From positions 232,182-296,181 of the forward strand of contig CAWJLN010000009.1 of the NCBI GenBank assembly GCA_963843735.1: a DNA stretch of 64,000 bases, written 5' to 3'. The translations under genes were made by a program, and so were the position numbers. The notes under the pieces are model-generated. The model did not search any database. It saw nothing but the letters and a program-made list of their open reading frames with translations, and was not told the DNA's origin. Origin of the DNA: an uncultured Gammaproteobacteria bacterium. Its GTDB lineage: Bacteria > Pseudomonadota > Gammaproteobacteria > JAKDMP01. Below are positions 37,936-47,784 of this stretch, piece after piece; the stretch's first letter is position 1, and each line of letters starts with the position of its first letter.

Positions 37936-37967
37936 AATCTGTCATATTCGTCCTTCCATGACAAATT
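37936..37967. promoter_or_regulatory. inverted repeat, candidate operator between TBDR and aguA
   Basis: AATCTGTCAT-N12-ATGACAAATT (9/10 complementary) in the divergent intergenic region. Confidence 0.3.
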
Positions 37968-38089
37968 CGATGTCCGGCAGTCTTCCCGGCGAGGCCGCGC
38001 GTACCCCACTTGATCCGCGTAGTCCGCAAAAAAGTCATAAATTCCTTATACTTATTGCCCCTGGCCGGTATTTCACCCCGCCGAACGGC

Positions 38090-39157
38090 ATGATTCATCC
38101 ATCCCCCTTCTCGCCCGGGCACGCCTCGTCCCGTGCCGCCGGCTTTGCCCCGCGCGGCGAGTGGCAGGCGCATGCGCGCACCTGGATGGCCTGGCCCTGG
38201 CACCCCGAGACCTTTGTCGGCACCGTGGCCGAGGCGCAGTCGGCCTATGCGCGAGTGGCAAACGCGATCACCGAGTTCGAGCCCGTGGCGATGGTGGTGC
38301 GTCCCGATCAGGAGACCATCGCCCGCCGTCTGCTTTCGCGCGCCGTGGAAATCCTCGCCTGGCCGGTGGATGACGCCTGGATGCGCGACATCGCACCCAA
38401 CTTCGTGGTTGACGCACAGGGCCGCATGGCCGGCGTGGACTGGGAGTTCAACGACTACGGCAACAAGGACGGACGTAACCTCGAAGGCTACGGCGAGGAC
38501 GCGGTAACCGCCGAGCGCATCCTCGCGCATCTCGGCATCGAACGCTATGCCGCTCCGCTGGTCTGCGAAGGCGGTACGCTCGTGCTCGATGGTGAAGGCA
38601 CCTTGTTGACCAACGAAAGCGTCGTCCTCAACCCCAACCGCAACCCCGATCTGACGCGCGAGGCGGCGGAAGCCGTATTCCGCGATTATCTGGCGGTCGA
38701 ACAGACCGTCTGGTTTGCCGACGGACTTGCCGACGACGACACCGACGGCCATACCGACAACCTCGTCGCCTTCGCCGCGCCGGGCGTCGTGCTTGCGCTT
38801 TCGGAAGACGATTCCGGCGACGCCAATTACGCGGCGCTCGAGGACACGCACCAGCGCCTCGCCGACGCGCGCGACGCCCACGGACGCGCCTTCGTCGTCA
38901 TTCCCGTGCCACAACCGCGCGCACGCTACAAGGGCGAGTTGCGGCTCGCGCTCTCCTATGTCAATTTCTGCCTCGTCAACGGCGGCGTGCTGGTACCCGC
39001 TTTCGACGACCCGAAACGCGACGACTATGCGCGCGCATTGATCGCCGAGCAATTCCCCGGTCGCAAGGCCCTGTCACTGCCCTCACTCGCCGTTATCTCG
39101 GGCGGCGGCAGCCTGCATTGCATCACCCACGAGGAACCGGATCCATGCGCAAGCTGA
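38090..39157 (+). CDS. aguA: agmatine deiminase
   Basis: ATG 38090; WMAWPW..., DTDGHTDNLV, C-terminal GGGSLHCITHEEP. Confidence 0.9.
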   Translation: MIHPSPFSPGHASSRAAGFAPRGEWQAHARTWMAWPWHPETFVGTVAEAQSAYARVANAITEFEPVAMVVRPDQETIARRLLSRAVEILAWPVDDAWMRDIAPNFVVDAQGRMAGVDWEFNDYGNKDGRNLEGYGEDAVTAERILAHLGIERYAAPLVCEGGTLVLDGEGTLLTNESVVLNPNRNPDLTREAAEAVFRDYLAVEQTVWFADGLADDDTDGHTDNLVAFAAPGVVLALSEDDSGDANYAALEDTHQRLADARDAHGRAFVVIPVPQPRARYKGELRLALSYVNFCLVNGGVLVPAFDDPKRDDYARALIAEQFPGRKALSLPSLAVISGGGSLHCITHEEPDPCAS

Positions 39158-40014
39158 AACTCGCCGCCGTGCAGATGCAGATGGGCGCGGAGCGCGACGA
39201 CAACCTCGCGCGCGCCGAAGCCTTCGTGCGCGAAGCGGCGCAAGCGGGCGCCAGGCTCGTTCTTCTGCCCGAACTGTTCGCGCATCCCTACTTCTGCAAG
39301 GACGAGGATTCGGCGTTGTTCGCGCTCGCCGCGCCCGCCGAAAATCATCCAACGCTCGTGCGTTTCGCGGCGCTCGCGCGCGAACTCGGCGTGGTGCTTC
39401 CAATTTCCTTTTTCGAGCGCGCGGGTAACGCACACTTCAACAGCCTCGCCATCCTCGATGCCGACGGCGTGACGCGCGGCATTTACCGCAAGGCGCACAT
39501 CCCGGACGGCGTCGGCTATCAGGAAAAGTTCTACTTCACGCCCGGCGACACGCCGTTCACGCCCTGCGCAACGGCGGCGGGGCAACTCGGCGCGCTCGTC
39601 TGCTGGGACCAGTGGTTCCCCGAGCCCGCGCGCCTGATGGCCTTGCGCGGCGCAGAGATTCTTCTTTATCCGACAGCGATCGGCTCCGAACCGCCGTCGC
39701 CGGAACTCGATTCCTCCGCGCACTGGCGCCGCGTCATGCAGGGGCACGCGGCGGCGAACATCATGCCCGTCGTCGCCGCCAACCGCGTCGGCGAAGAGCG
39801 CGGCCGCGACGCGACAGTCACCTTCTACGGTTCGTCGTTCATTGCCGACCATACCGGCGCCCTCGTCGCCGAGGCCGGCCGCACGGAAGAGGCGATCCTC
39901 AGCGCCGAGTTCGATCTCGACGAAATCGCGGCCATGCGCCGCGACTGGGGCGTCTTTCGCGACCGTCGCCCCGAACTCTACCGCGGCTTAACCACCTACG
40001 ACGGCCGCGGGTAA
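39145..40014 (+). CDS. aguB: N-carbamoylputrescine amidase
   Basis: ATG 39145; nitrilase-fold LLPELF, CWDQWFPE catalytic Cys block. Confidence 0.9.
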   Translation: MRKLKLAAVQMQMGAERDDNLARAEAFVREAAQAGARLVLLPELFAHPYFCKDEDSALFALAAPAENHPTLVRFAALARELGVVLPISFFERAGNAHFNSLAILDADGVTRGIYRKAHIPDGVGYQEKFYFTPGDTPFTPCATAAGQLGALVCWDQWFPEPARLMALRGAEILLYPTAIGSEPPSPELDSSAHWRRVMQGHAAANIMPVVAANRVGEERGRDATVTFYGSSFIADHTGALVAEAGRTEEAILSAEFDLDEIAAMRRDWGVFRDRRPELYRGLTTYDGRG

Positions 40015-40016
40015 TT

Positions 40017-40466
40017 TCACAGTCCTTCCGGGCGGACGCGTTCGTAGTCGGCAAGACGCTTGCGCAAATTTTCGGGCACGGGAACGGGCTGCTGAGCGCC
40101 GAAATCGAACCACACTATGACGCTCTCGGCGCTTGCGATGATTTCGGATTCGCCGGCAAGACAGATGATCTGCGCGAGACCGATGCTCGTGCGTCCGACG
40201 CGCGCGCTGCGCGTATAGATATCCAGTTCGCCGGGCCAGGTCAACTGCCGGCGGAACGAGCAACGCATGTCGGCGAGAATGATGCTCTCGCCCTCCGCCT
40301 TCAATATGCTGGCGATGATCTCGCGCGAATAGGCGACGCGCGCACTTTCGAGATAGCGGAAGAACTGCACGTTGTTGACGTGGCCGAAGGCATCCATGTC
40401 GCCCCAGCGGATGATCTCCCGGTGACGATGCCGATACGCGCCGGCGTCCTGTTTTTGTGCGTCCAC
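40017..40466 (-). CDS. acyl-CoA thioesterase (4HBT / YbgC-like)
   Basis: 149 aa; RWGDMDAFGHVNNVQFFRYLE hot-dog fold motif. Confidence 0.8.
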   Translation of the reverse strand: MDAQKQDAGAYRHRHREIIRWGDMDAFGHVNNVQFFRYLESARVAYSREIIASILKAEGESIILADMRCSFRRQLTWPGELDIYTRSARVGRTSIGLAQIICLAGESEIIASAESVIVWFDFGAQQPVPVPENLRKRLADYERVRPEGL

Positions 40467-40550
40467 TACCCAATCCGCGTAAATGCCCGCTGCTCATGTT
40501 ACGTGGGCAGCGATTACGCCGCAACGCTGCGGCGCCCGGTTCCGTGAATC

Positions 40551-40973
40551 TCAGGGCGAGGCTTGCCCGCCCTGATCCTCGGGCGCCACGTAGATCGCGT
40601 ACGCCTTGACGCCGGGAGCAGCCGGGTGTCCTCCCACCGACCTGGTAGCTACGCTGCCGCCGCTTGCTGCCCCTTTGCCGATGGGGAGCAGCAGCAGGCC
40701 GTTCGCGCCCAGAAGTCCTGTCTGTCGCCTGAGTTCGATCACGATCTTGCGGTTCGTATCTCCCCCCGAAAAGCCCCCCAGCCCATAACTGTCCAGCTTG
40801 GCAATGATCTGGTAATGCGCCGGTATATGCCCCGGCACATACAGCGTGACCGCATTCGGATTCACCGGCGGGCGAACCGGCCCGACAATCTGCGGCGGCT
40901 GCCGCGATGCGCAAGCCGCAAGCGCAAAGGCCAGAAACAGAAACAGCGGTCCATTCAATCTGTATCTATTCAT
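40551..40973 (-). CDS. lipoprotein of unknown function
   Basis: ATG 40973 with GGAGA SD; MNRYRLNGPLFLFLAFALAACAS lipobox; ATGA overlap with upstream ORF. Confidence 0.55.
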   Translation of the reverse strand: MNRYRLNGPLFLFLAFALAACASRQPPQIVGPVRPPVNPNAVTLYVPGHIPAHYQIIAKLDSYGLGGFSGGDTNRKIVIELRRQTGLLGANGLLLLPIGKGAASGGSVATRSVGGHPAAPGVKAYAIYVAPEDQGGQASP

Positions 40974-41921
40974 AATCCTTTCTCCTTTCCGATTCCGGCG
41001 ATGCCGTATTGCACGGCGTAGGGCATGCCCTGCTTGGGCACGTAGAGCACCCACTTGTACTTCATCCGTATGTTTCCCTTCGGTTTACCGGGATTGGCGG
41101 CCATTGACCCATACGGATCTATTCCCCACCAGCAATGAGGCCACGACGGCGCCGCGCCGTCGCTGCGAAGTTTATAAAGGATGTAAATCTGATACGGCGT
41201 CAACTTGCCGTCCAGACGCAGAGCCTGGAATCGCCATTGCTTCATCGCGACTCTGATCGGCTCCTGTTGCCGCTCGAATGGACTCTTGCCGAGAAAATGG
41301 AATATTGCCTACATGCCCATGCGTATCCACCACGGCGGTAATGGTAACCGCCCCTGTCGGAGGCATTCCCCTGAAATCAGGACACCTGCCCTGCAATTGC
41401 GTTACGTGCAGACCGCTGTCGGGCAGATCATAAAGACCGACCGGCCCGCCCAGCCATTTCTTCACGCCCCAGCCCGCGCCCATATGGGGCGTCACCGCAG
41501 CCAGCGCCGTGCCCACGGCCTGGCGCGCCAACCGCGCCCGCACACCGCCCATGTCGAGCGCCACCCGTCTGACCGCGGCGCTGGGCAAGCCGTTGCGTCC
41601 CGGCGCCAGGGACATCGGCGGCATGACCTTCGCCCTTTGCGTCGTCCCGCCGCGGATGTGCCCCGCGCTCTTCAATCCGTTCGATAAGCGCTTGTGCCGC
41701 TTCGCGTGCGCGGCATTCTCGACGATCCGGGGCTGGAGTTCGGTCAGCGCCGCCGGCACCTTCACGACTGTTTGCGGCTGGCTCGCCAGCCGCTTCTGGT
41801 CAACGGAGATCAACTGTACGCACAAGACGAACAAACCGAGTGCAACAGCCACGGCCAGCGGCAAGGCCCATGCCAGCCGCCGACCGTGGCCGTTGTCGGA
41901 TTGTCGTTTGTTGGTAGCCAT
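40970..41921 (-). pseudogene. membrane-anchored TonB C-terminal-domain-like protein, split by a frameshift
   Basis: ORF 41172-41921 (N-terminal TM, ...GAVTITAVVDTHGHVGNIPF) and ORF 40970-41245 (...MKQWRFQALRLDGKLTPYQIYILYKL) together form a TonB_C-like domain. Removing one T from the T4 run (A4 at 41294-41297 on +) joins them as ...GNIPFLGKSPFERQQEPIRVAMKQWRF... Confidence 0.5.
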
Positions 41922-41936
41922 CTTCCCACAGCGAAA

Positions 41937-42711
41937 TCAAGTGTTATCTTTGATAATGCATACAACGCTACTGCACAAATCCCAGAGCTGAACGTCTATA
42001 TCGTAGATGGTCTGTTTGACTTGTACCGGCTTAAGCCTGGGCGGATCGGGAATAGAAATCGGTTGGATGGGGAGCGGGGGAGTCAATACGGGACCGCCCG
42101 GAGGCAAATTGACTGGTTGTCCGGTATCGTCCAGCGGGTAGTTGTTGGCGTCTTCACCGGTGCCGGACACAAAACTCCATGTCTGGCTGGCGGCGTCCAC
42201 CAATTGATAGACGGCCTTCGACCCATCGGGAAACAGCGTCACTGCTGTTTCGTCCAGGCCGATCGTTTGCCCCGAAAAAAAGCCGTGTATATAGGTTCCG
42301 ACCGTTTGCGATTGACCGCTACCCGTATAACTGCCGGCAACATTCGCGGGAATGTCTACCAGATAACCCGGACTTGCCACCCGCCACGCCTGCTGCATGT
42401 CGGCCACCGAGCGGGTGCGCATGACCGCAAATGTGGTCCAGGTATGCGTTTCACCTTCGTAGTTGCGGGTGACGCCGGCCTTTCCGACCAAGGCCGATCC
42501 GGGGTTCACCACGACAACGCGGTAGCTCCCCTGCGCGAGATTTTGCTGGATAGCCCAGTTTTTGGCCGTATTCTTGAAGTCCGTTACGGTGGAGCAGGTA
42601 TCGCACTCCAACTGGGCGCGGCCATCCCAGGCTTGCGCCGGCATGGCACTAAGAATCAGGACGAGGGCTGCCCCCCCCCCCAAGTAAACGACTGATTGAA
42701 TGAATATTCAT
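41937..42711 (-). CDS. secreted protein of unknown function, out of frame at a G11 tract (possible phase-OFF state)
   Basis: AGGAGG-N8-ATG at 42711 encodes MNIHSISRLLGGG..., but after the homopolymer it hits a stop. The long ORF (TTG 42683, ...AALVLILSAMPAQA|WDG) is in the -1 frame; G10 would fuse them into a normal signal peptide. Confidence 0.55.
42671..42681. repeat. C11 (G11 on coding strand) homopolymer
   Basis: Eleven consecutive C at 42671-42681, inside the signal-peptide coding region. Confidence 0.95.
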
Positions 42712-42886
42712 GATTTGCCCCTCCTGAAGAGACATAGGAGGCCGCGCCGGATGGTGCGGTCGGGCCGTCTTGGCGGCTCACCCTTCAAAATAAACCTATT
42801 TTCAGATTTTGCAAGGGGGCTCTGCCCGAAAACTTCCGGGCCGGAAGCACATCACCGCAATCGAGCCGGATTGTCTGCGTCCGCGC

Positions 42887-44656
42887 TTATCGCCCGCCCT
42901 GTCTCCGTTCTTCCGGCTTCACGGCGGCGGGAATCACGTAGCCTGGAACGAGTTCGGTCATGAATTTGTACCAGGTGCGGAAGTCGCCGTAATTGCCGGC
43001 GGTAAAGCCAACGACCATGTCGAGCTTGGGAATGATCAGTACGAACTGCCCGCCGTTTCCCCCGGCTTCGTAGAGTCTGTACGTTTCGCCGCCGGATTCG
43101 AGATCAATGATGTGCCAGGCAAAGCCGTAGCCATGATCGGGAGCGAATCTCGAATGCACTTGCAGGGATTCCTTGACCCACTTTGAGGCAATGACGCGGC
43201 GCCCGTCCCAGACGCCGTCGTCGAGATAGAGCTGGCCGAGTTTGAGCTGGTCCCGTGGACGCATCTCGATGCCGCCGCCCAGATAGGCGGCGCCCGTCGG
43301 CATCAGGTTGACGTAGTAGCGGCGGATGCCGAGCGGCCGGGCGAAGTAGTCGTAAAAGAATTCTGGGATTGGAATCCCTGTCGTGTTGCGAACGATCCCG
43401 CCCAGCAGATTGATGCCCGCCGAACAATACACGGCCTGTTTTCCTCCAGGCGCACGCGCCATGGGGAGATCGAGCGTATAGAGGTACCAGTCGGGCTGCG
43501 CGTGCTGCCTCTGCATCGTATCTTCGTTGCCCGGTGAATCTCCGCTGTCATCGTCACAGGCGAGTCCGGACGTCATCGTCAACAGATCCTTCACCGTCAT
43601 GGCGCGCTTGCGCGCATCCAGGTTCGCAATCTGCTTGTACTCCGGGAACAGGGAATAGACCGGCGTGTTCAAGTTGAATTTTGCGCCCTGTGCCAACGCG
43701 AGGCCGACGAGCACGCCGGCGAAGGTCTTGCTCGCGGAACGCATCTCGTGAACGCGCTCGCGGTCGTAGCCGTAGAAGTATTTCTCCAGCACCAGCTTGC
43801 CGTGGCGCGCGATCAGCAGGCTGTGGATGTAGGGCGTATGAAAGCCTGCGTAGCGGGTGTCGAGTATGCGCTCGACCAGCGCCCGGAGCGGTTTCGGATT
43901 CAGGCCGACGCCAGTCAGCGACGCCGTACTCCAGCCGTCGTCCTCGCGGATGGGCACGACGTAGGCGTAAGCGGAGGAAGCGGGCGTTTGCGGATAGAAG
44001 CCGAGTGCCGAGTTGCGATTGCGGCGAGTCAGTCTGAGCGGCGCCGCGAGCTGGTTGACGTGCAATTCCAGCACGTCGTTGTCCGCGAGGTACGTTGCGC
44101 TCATTTTGTCCGAGTTGTTGTGCGTGCTCGCGAGAGAGACCGTGTCGCCGGTGATCGTAATCGCGTAGGGATCACCGTGGCCGAAGTTGAACTGCGGATT
44201 GCGAAACGATCCGGAGAGCGTTCCGTCCGCGTTTCCCGTCACGTCGAGATACAGCGACAGCCTTTCAGGAAGCGATGCGAGCTTCCCCTGCCAGACGCCC
44301 GGCTCGATTTGGCGGAGCACCACGGGCGTCGCGTACGCGTTGTTGAAGAGGGTATCCGGCTGCTGGATCCATTGCCCGGAAATTTCCGTGGAGTCCTTGC
44401 CAATCTCGCCGCGGAAGCTGCCCCGGCCGTCGGGAAGCTGAAAGCCGACGCTGCGGCCCTGGTGACGGACGACCGGCGAGAATCCGGCGATGCCGGCGCG
44501 CCAGTTCGACGTGCGCCCGTTGATTACGAGCGTTCCGCCGACGGGCTGGCCGAACATCTTCTCTACTCCCCACAGGCCGGTGAGGTCCGGCGGAGCGGGA
44601 GCCGCCACCGCGACAGACGCGGCCAGCATGGCAATTACGATAAACAATCTGTGCAT
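42887..44656 (-). CDS. serine hydrolase, beta-lactamase/transpeptidase-like (class C fold)
   Basis: ATG 44656 (MHRLFIVIAMLAASVAVAAP signal peptide); SxxK motif MRSASKTF; about 590 aa. Confidence 0.85.
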   Translation of the reverse strand: MHRLFIVIAMLAASVAVAAPAPPDLTGLWGVEKMFGQPVGGTLVINGRTSNWRAGIAGFSPVVRHQGRSVGFQLPDGRGSFRGEIGKDSTEISGQWIQQPDTLFNNAYATPVVLRQIEPGVWQGKLASLPERLSLYLDVTGNADGTLSGSFRNPQFNFGHGDPYAITITGDTVSLASTHNNSDKMSATYLADNDVLELHVNQLAAPLRLTRRNRNSALGFYPQTPASSAYAYVVPIREDDGWSTASLTGVGLNPKPLRALVERILDTRYAGFHTPYIHSLLIARHGKLVLEKYFYGYDRERVHEMRSASKTFAGVLVGLALAQGAKFNLNTPVYSLFPEYKQIANLDARKRAMTVKDLLTMTSGLACDDDSGDSPGNEDTMQRQHAQPDWYLYTLDLPMARAPGGKQAVYCSAGINLLGGIVRNTTGIPIPEFFYDYFARPLGIRRYYVNLMPTGAAYLGGGIEMRPRDQLKLGQLYLDDGVWDGRRVIASKWVKESLQVHSRFAPDHGYGFAWHIIDLESGGETYRLYEAGGNGGQFVLIIPKLDMVVGFTAGNYGDFRTWYKFMTELVPGYVIPAAVKPEERRQGGR

Positions 44657-44683
44657 AAATATTCCAGGTATCAATTGTTGTGG

Positions 44684-45349
44684 TTAACTGCAGCGGCTTT
44701 TCAGCCAGTCCTGCAACGGTTTCACGGCCGACTGCATGTTTTGGTGCAGAGCCTCGCAGGCTTGGCCCAGATCGCCGGCCGTCAATGCGGCAAGGATTGC
44801 CTCGTGCTCTCCGAAGGCCGTGACGATGTGGGAGGTTTCCCGAAAGTACGCCTCCTCGTAGCGCTGCGTCAGGCCGATGAACTGTTCGATCGTCTGCAGC
44901 AGAATTTCATTGGGGCAGTGAGCAAGCAGCGCGCGGTGCCATTGATTATCGAGATCAACGACCTGCCGGACGCTTTTGGTTCGTTCCAGTTTTTTGTTAA
45001 GCGTCTCCAGCGCCTTGATCTGCTTCTCGGCAGGAATCCCCGCGACGCGAAGCGCGGCAGGATCGAGCAGGGCGCGCATGGCGTACAAATCGGCAAGCTC
45101 TTTCGTCTCGAGGGGGGCGACGAAAAAGCCCCGCCGCGGCTTGATGGCGACAAGCCCTTCTGCCGCCAGCCCGATAAGTGCCTCGCGCAGCGGCGTTCTG
45201 CTAACGCCGAGCTCCCTGGACAAATGAACTTCGTTGATCCGGCTGCCGTCCGGAATATCACCGGCGCCAATCAGCCGTCGCAGATCGGAGACCAGTCCCT
45301 GGCCGAGATTCGAGCGACCGGCGGCGGCAGGAGAAGTTAATTTCTGCAT
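44684..45349 (-). CDS. GntR family transcriptional regulator (FCD type)
   Basis: ATG 45349; INEVHLSRELGVSRTPLREALIGLAAEGLV wHTH. Confidence 0.85.
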   Translation of the reverse strand: MQKLTSPAAAGRSNLGQGLVSDLRRLIGAGDIPDGSRINEVHLSRELGVSRTPLREALIGLAAEGLVAIKPRRGFFVAPLETKELADLYAMRALLDPAALRVAGIPAEKQIKALETLNKKLERTKSVRQVVDLDNQWHRALLAHCPNEILLQTIEQFIGLTQRYEEAYFRETSHIVTAFGEHEAILAALTAGDLGQACEALHQNMQSAVKPLQDWLKSRCS

Positions 45350-45460
45350 ACTGTATACAATACTAAACAGTCGGCGGCTCGTCAAGCGAAATCGCATTTG
45401 CAGGATGTCCGCCCGCTGGCTAAGATGCCTAGGTCAACCCTGCGCAAGGAGGGTGCGGCT

Positions 45461-47134
45461 GTGCAAAAAGCGGGGTTCGTCCTGTTCCTCGGGCTTCTTT
45501 CCCTACCTGCCGCGGCCGCGCATGCAAGCGTGCTCACGCCGGAGCAGTGGCGCGCGGACCTGGAGCAGCTTCGCGATGCCATCGCGAACCGCCATTTCAA
45601 GCCGTTCCGCGCGATCCGCGAAACCGACTTTACGAGCGAGATCGCGAAACTGCTCCACGACATTCCGGAGCTGTCCGACCAGGCGGTCATCGTGCGCATG
45701 GCCGCGATCGTCGCCGCCGTCAGCGACGGGCACACACGGCTGACCATTCCGGAACGAGACCCCGGATTGTCCGTCCGCCTCGCCCACTCGAACCTCGCCG
45801 CGCCGCGCTTCGACTCGCTCGAATTCACGCGCCTTCCCGTCGCCTTCGAACTGTTCGACGACGGTCTGTTCGTCACGGCAGCCGATGCGGAGCACACCGC
45901 GCTCATCGGCGCGAAAGTGCTCGCCATCGGCAATGTCTCCGCGGACGAGGCGCTCCGACAGGCCGAAACGATCGTGTCGCACGACAATGCGCAAACGCAG
46001 CGCCTGCTCGCGCCGGAGCGTCTCGCGCTCCCGCAGGTGCTTGCGGCGCTCGGGATTACCGCGACGGGCTGCAGCACGCCGCTCGAACTGTCGCTGCCCG
46101 GCGGCACGACGAAGACGGTCGTCCTGCAGCCGATGCGGGCTTCGCCGTCCGAATGGCGGACCGCGGTCTCGCACCTGAAGCCGCCGCCGCTGTGGCTGCA
46201 CCATCCGCATCGCAATTACTGGTTCCAATACCTTCCCGCCGACAACGCGGTCTACGTGCAGCTCAATAAAATCGAAGACGGCCCGGGGGAATCACTCGCC
46301 GCGTTCATCGGCAAGACGGTCGCGTTGGCCGCGCGCCACCACGCCCGCTACATATTGGATCTGCGCCTCGACAGCGGCGGCTCGGGCAGCCTGAACCGCT
46401 CGGTGGTGCTCGCGCTCGTACGCAACCCCCGCGTCAACGCTTACGGGAAACTCTACGTATTGATCGGCCGCGGGACGTTCTCCGCCGCGGAAATGCTCGT
46501 CAACGATCTCGAACAGTATTCCAACGCGATCTTCGTCGGCGAACCGACGGGTTCCAGTCCCAGCCAATTTGGCGACCCGGTGAAAATCCGGCTCGAAAAC
46601 AGCGGGCTCACGCTGCGCGTGGCGACGATCTTCTGGCACAGCTGGCTCGCCGACGACACGCGTGACGCCACGCCGCCGGCTCTCGCCGTTCCCCTGAGCA
46701 GCGCGGACTACTTCGCCGGACGCGATCCCGTGCTGGAAAAGGCCCTTCGGTATCGCACGCCCGAAGGAACGATCGCACGCTTCCGCGCGCTTCTGACGGG
46801 CGCCGACGCCAACAGCGCCGCCATATTCCTGATGAAACACGTGACCGATCCGGGCACCGCCTCCGACGATCTGTCGCCGGGCCTCGCCCGGTTGGGTAAG
46901 AACCTCCGCGACGAAGGCGATATCGAAAACAGCCTGTACGCGTTGATGATCGGAACGATGTTTTATCCGGACAGTTCGCCACTGTACGCCCAGCTCGGAT
47001 TGACCTTCCTCAGGGCGGACCGCATCCCCGAAGCGCAACGGTCCTTCGAGAAGGCGCTGAAGCTGGATCCGAAGAACCGGCAGGCGGCCGAGGCGCTACA
47101 AAAACTCAACGGAACCGGGCCGGATACGCATTAG
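45461..47134 (+). CDS. peptidase S41-like protein with C-terminal TPR
   Basis: GTG 45461 after AAGGAGGG SD; signal peptide VQKAGFVLFLGLLSLPAAAAHA; GRGTFSAAEMLVNDL (S41 G-x-S-A-A-E block); TPR-like tail. Confidence 0.7.
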   Translation: MQKAGFVLFLGLLSLPAAAAHASVLTPEQWRADLEQLRDAIANRHFKPFRAIRETDFTSEIAKLLHDIPELSDQAVIVRMAAIVAAVSDGHTRLTIPERDPGLSVRLAHSNLAAPRFDSLEFTRLPVAFELFDDGLFVTAADAEHTALIGAKVLAIGNVSADEALRQAETIVSHDNAQTQRLLAPERLALPQVLAALGITATGCSTPLELSLPGGTTKTVVLQPMRASPSEWRTAVSHLKPPPLWLHHPHRNYWFQYLPADNAVYVQLNKIEDGPGESLAAFIGKTVALAARHHARYILDLRLDSGGSGSLNRSVVLALVRNPRVNAYGKLYVLIGRGTFSAAEMLVNDLEQYSNAIFVGEPTGSSPSQFGDPVKIRLENSGLTLRVATIFWHSWLADDTRDATPPALAVPLSSADYFAGRDPVLEKALRYRTPEGTIARFRALLTGADANSAAIFLMKHVTDPGTASDDLSPGLARLGKNLRDEGDIENSLYALMIGTMFYPDSSPLYAQLGLTFLRADRIPEAQRSFEKALKLDPKNRQAAEALQKLNGTGPDTH

Positions 47135-47136
47135 GC

Positions 47137-47784
47137 ATGAATGGCATCGTTCGATCGCGAATCCTGCCGGGTATCCTCCTCGTTCTGCTCGCCGTTTGCA
47201 CTGCGGGTTAGAGCAGCGCGGGCGCCGTGCAGGCGCCAGCGGTGGGCCGCTTCCTGGTCGCCACGCCTCCGCAGCAAGATTTCTTCTTCCGGGCCGTGAT
47301 ACTCCTGATCGGCTGCGGACCGGGCGGCGCCTTCGGCGCATCAGCGTCATATCCGGCGGGCGCACTGAAAGCGTTGGCCTGGCGCGGCATCGGGTCGTTT
47401 CGCGGCTGCCACTCGCGGTCGCGCCCTTGAACCCGAACGTGATCTACGCCAGCACCGGCGAGCCATTCCCGCGCGGCGACATGGCGACGGGCGACGACGT
47501 GTGGAAGTCCACCGACGCGGGCAAGACCTGGACCCACGTCGGACTCGACGACACGCGTGTGATCGGCCCCATCGCGATAGATCCGTGCGATGCGAACCAC
47601 GTGTACGTCGCGGCGCTCGGTCATGTATTCGGCCCCAACGCCGAAACTCTCGGCCCAGGCCGACGCCCAGCCGCAGGCGCCCAACAAAGTGAAGTCGCAG
47701 GACATGCCGCAGCTCAATGCAACGATCAAGCAGTCGAACCTGCCGCCCATCACAACCGCCGCGGCACCCGCCACCACCGGTTGA
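47137..47784 (+). pseudogene. remnant of a BNR/Asp-box (sortilin-like) repeat protein gene
   Basis: ATG 47137 signal peptide MNGIVRSRILPGILLVLLAVCTAG, then in-frame TAG (47209-47211). WRGIGSFRG, NPNVIYASTGE...WKSTDAGKTWTHVGL (Asp-box) and C-terminal ...LNATIKQSNLP pieces lie in two different frames; only ~200 codons of a protein family that is normally ~1000 aa. Confidence 0.6.

Noticed and set aside
43748-45340. 530-aa plus-strand ORF
   Set aside because: It is antisense to the serine hydrolase and GntR genes and is a shadow ORF.
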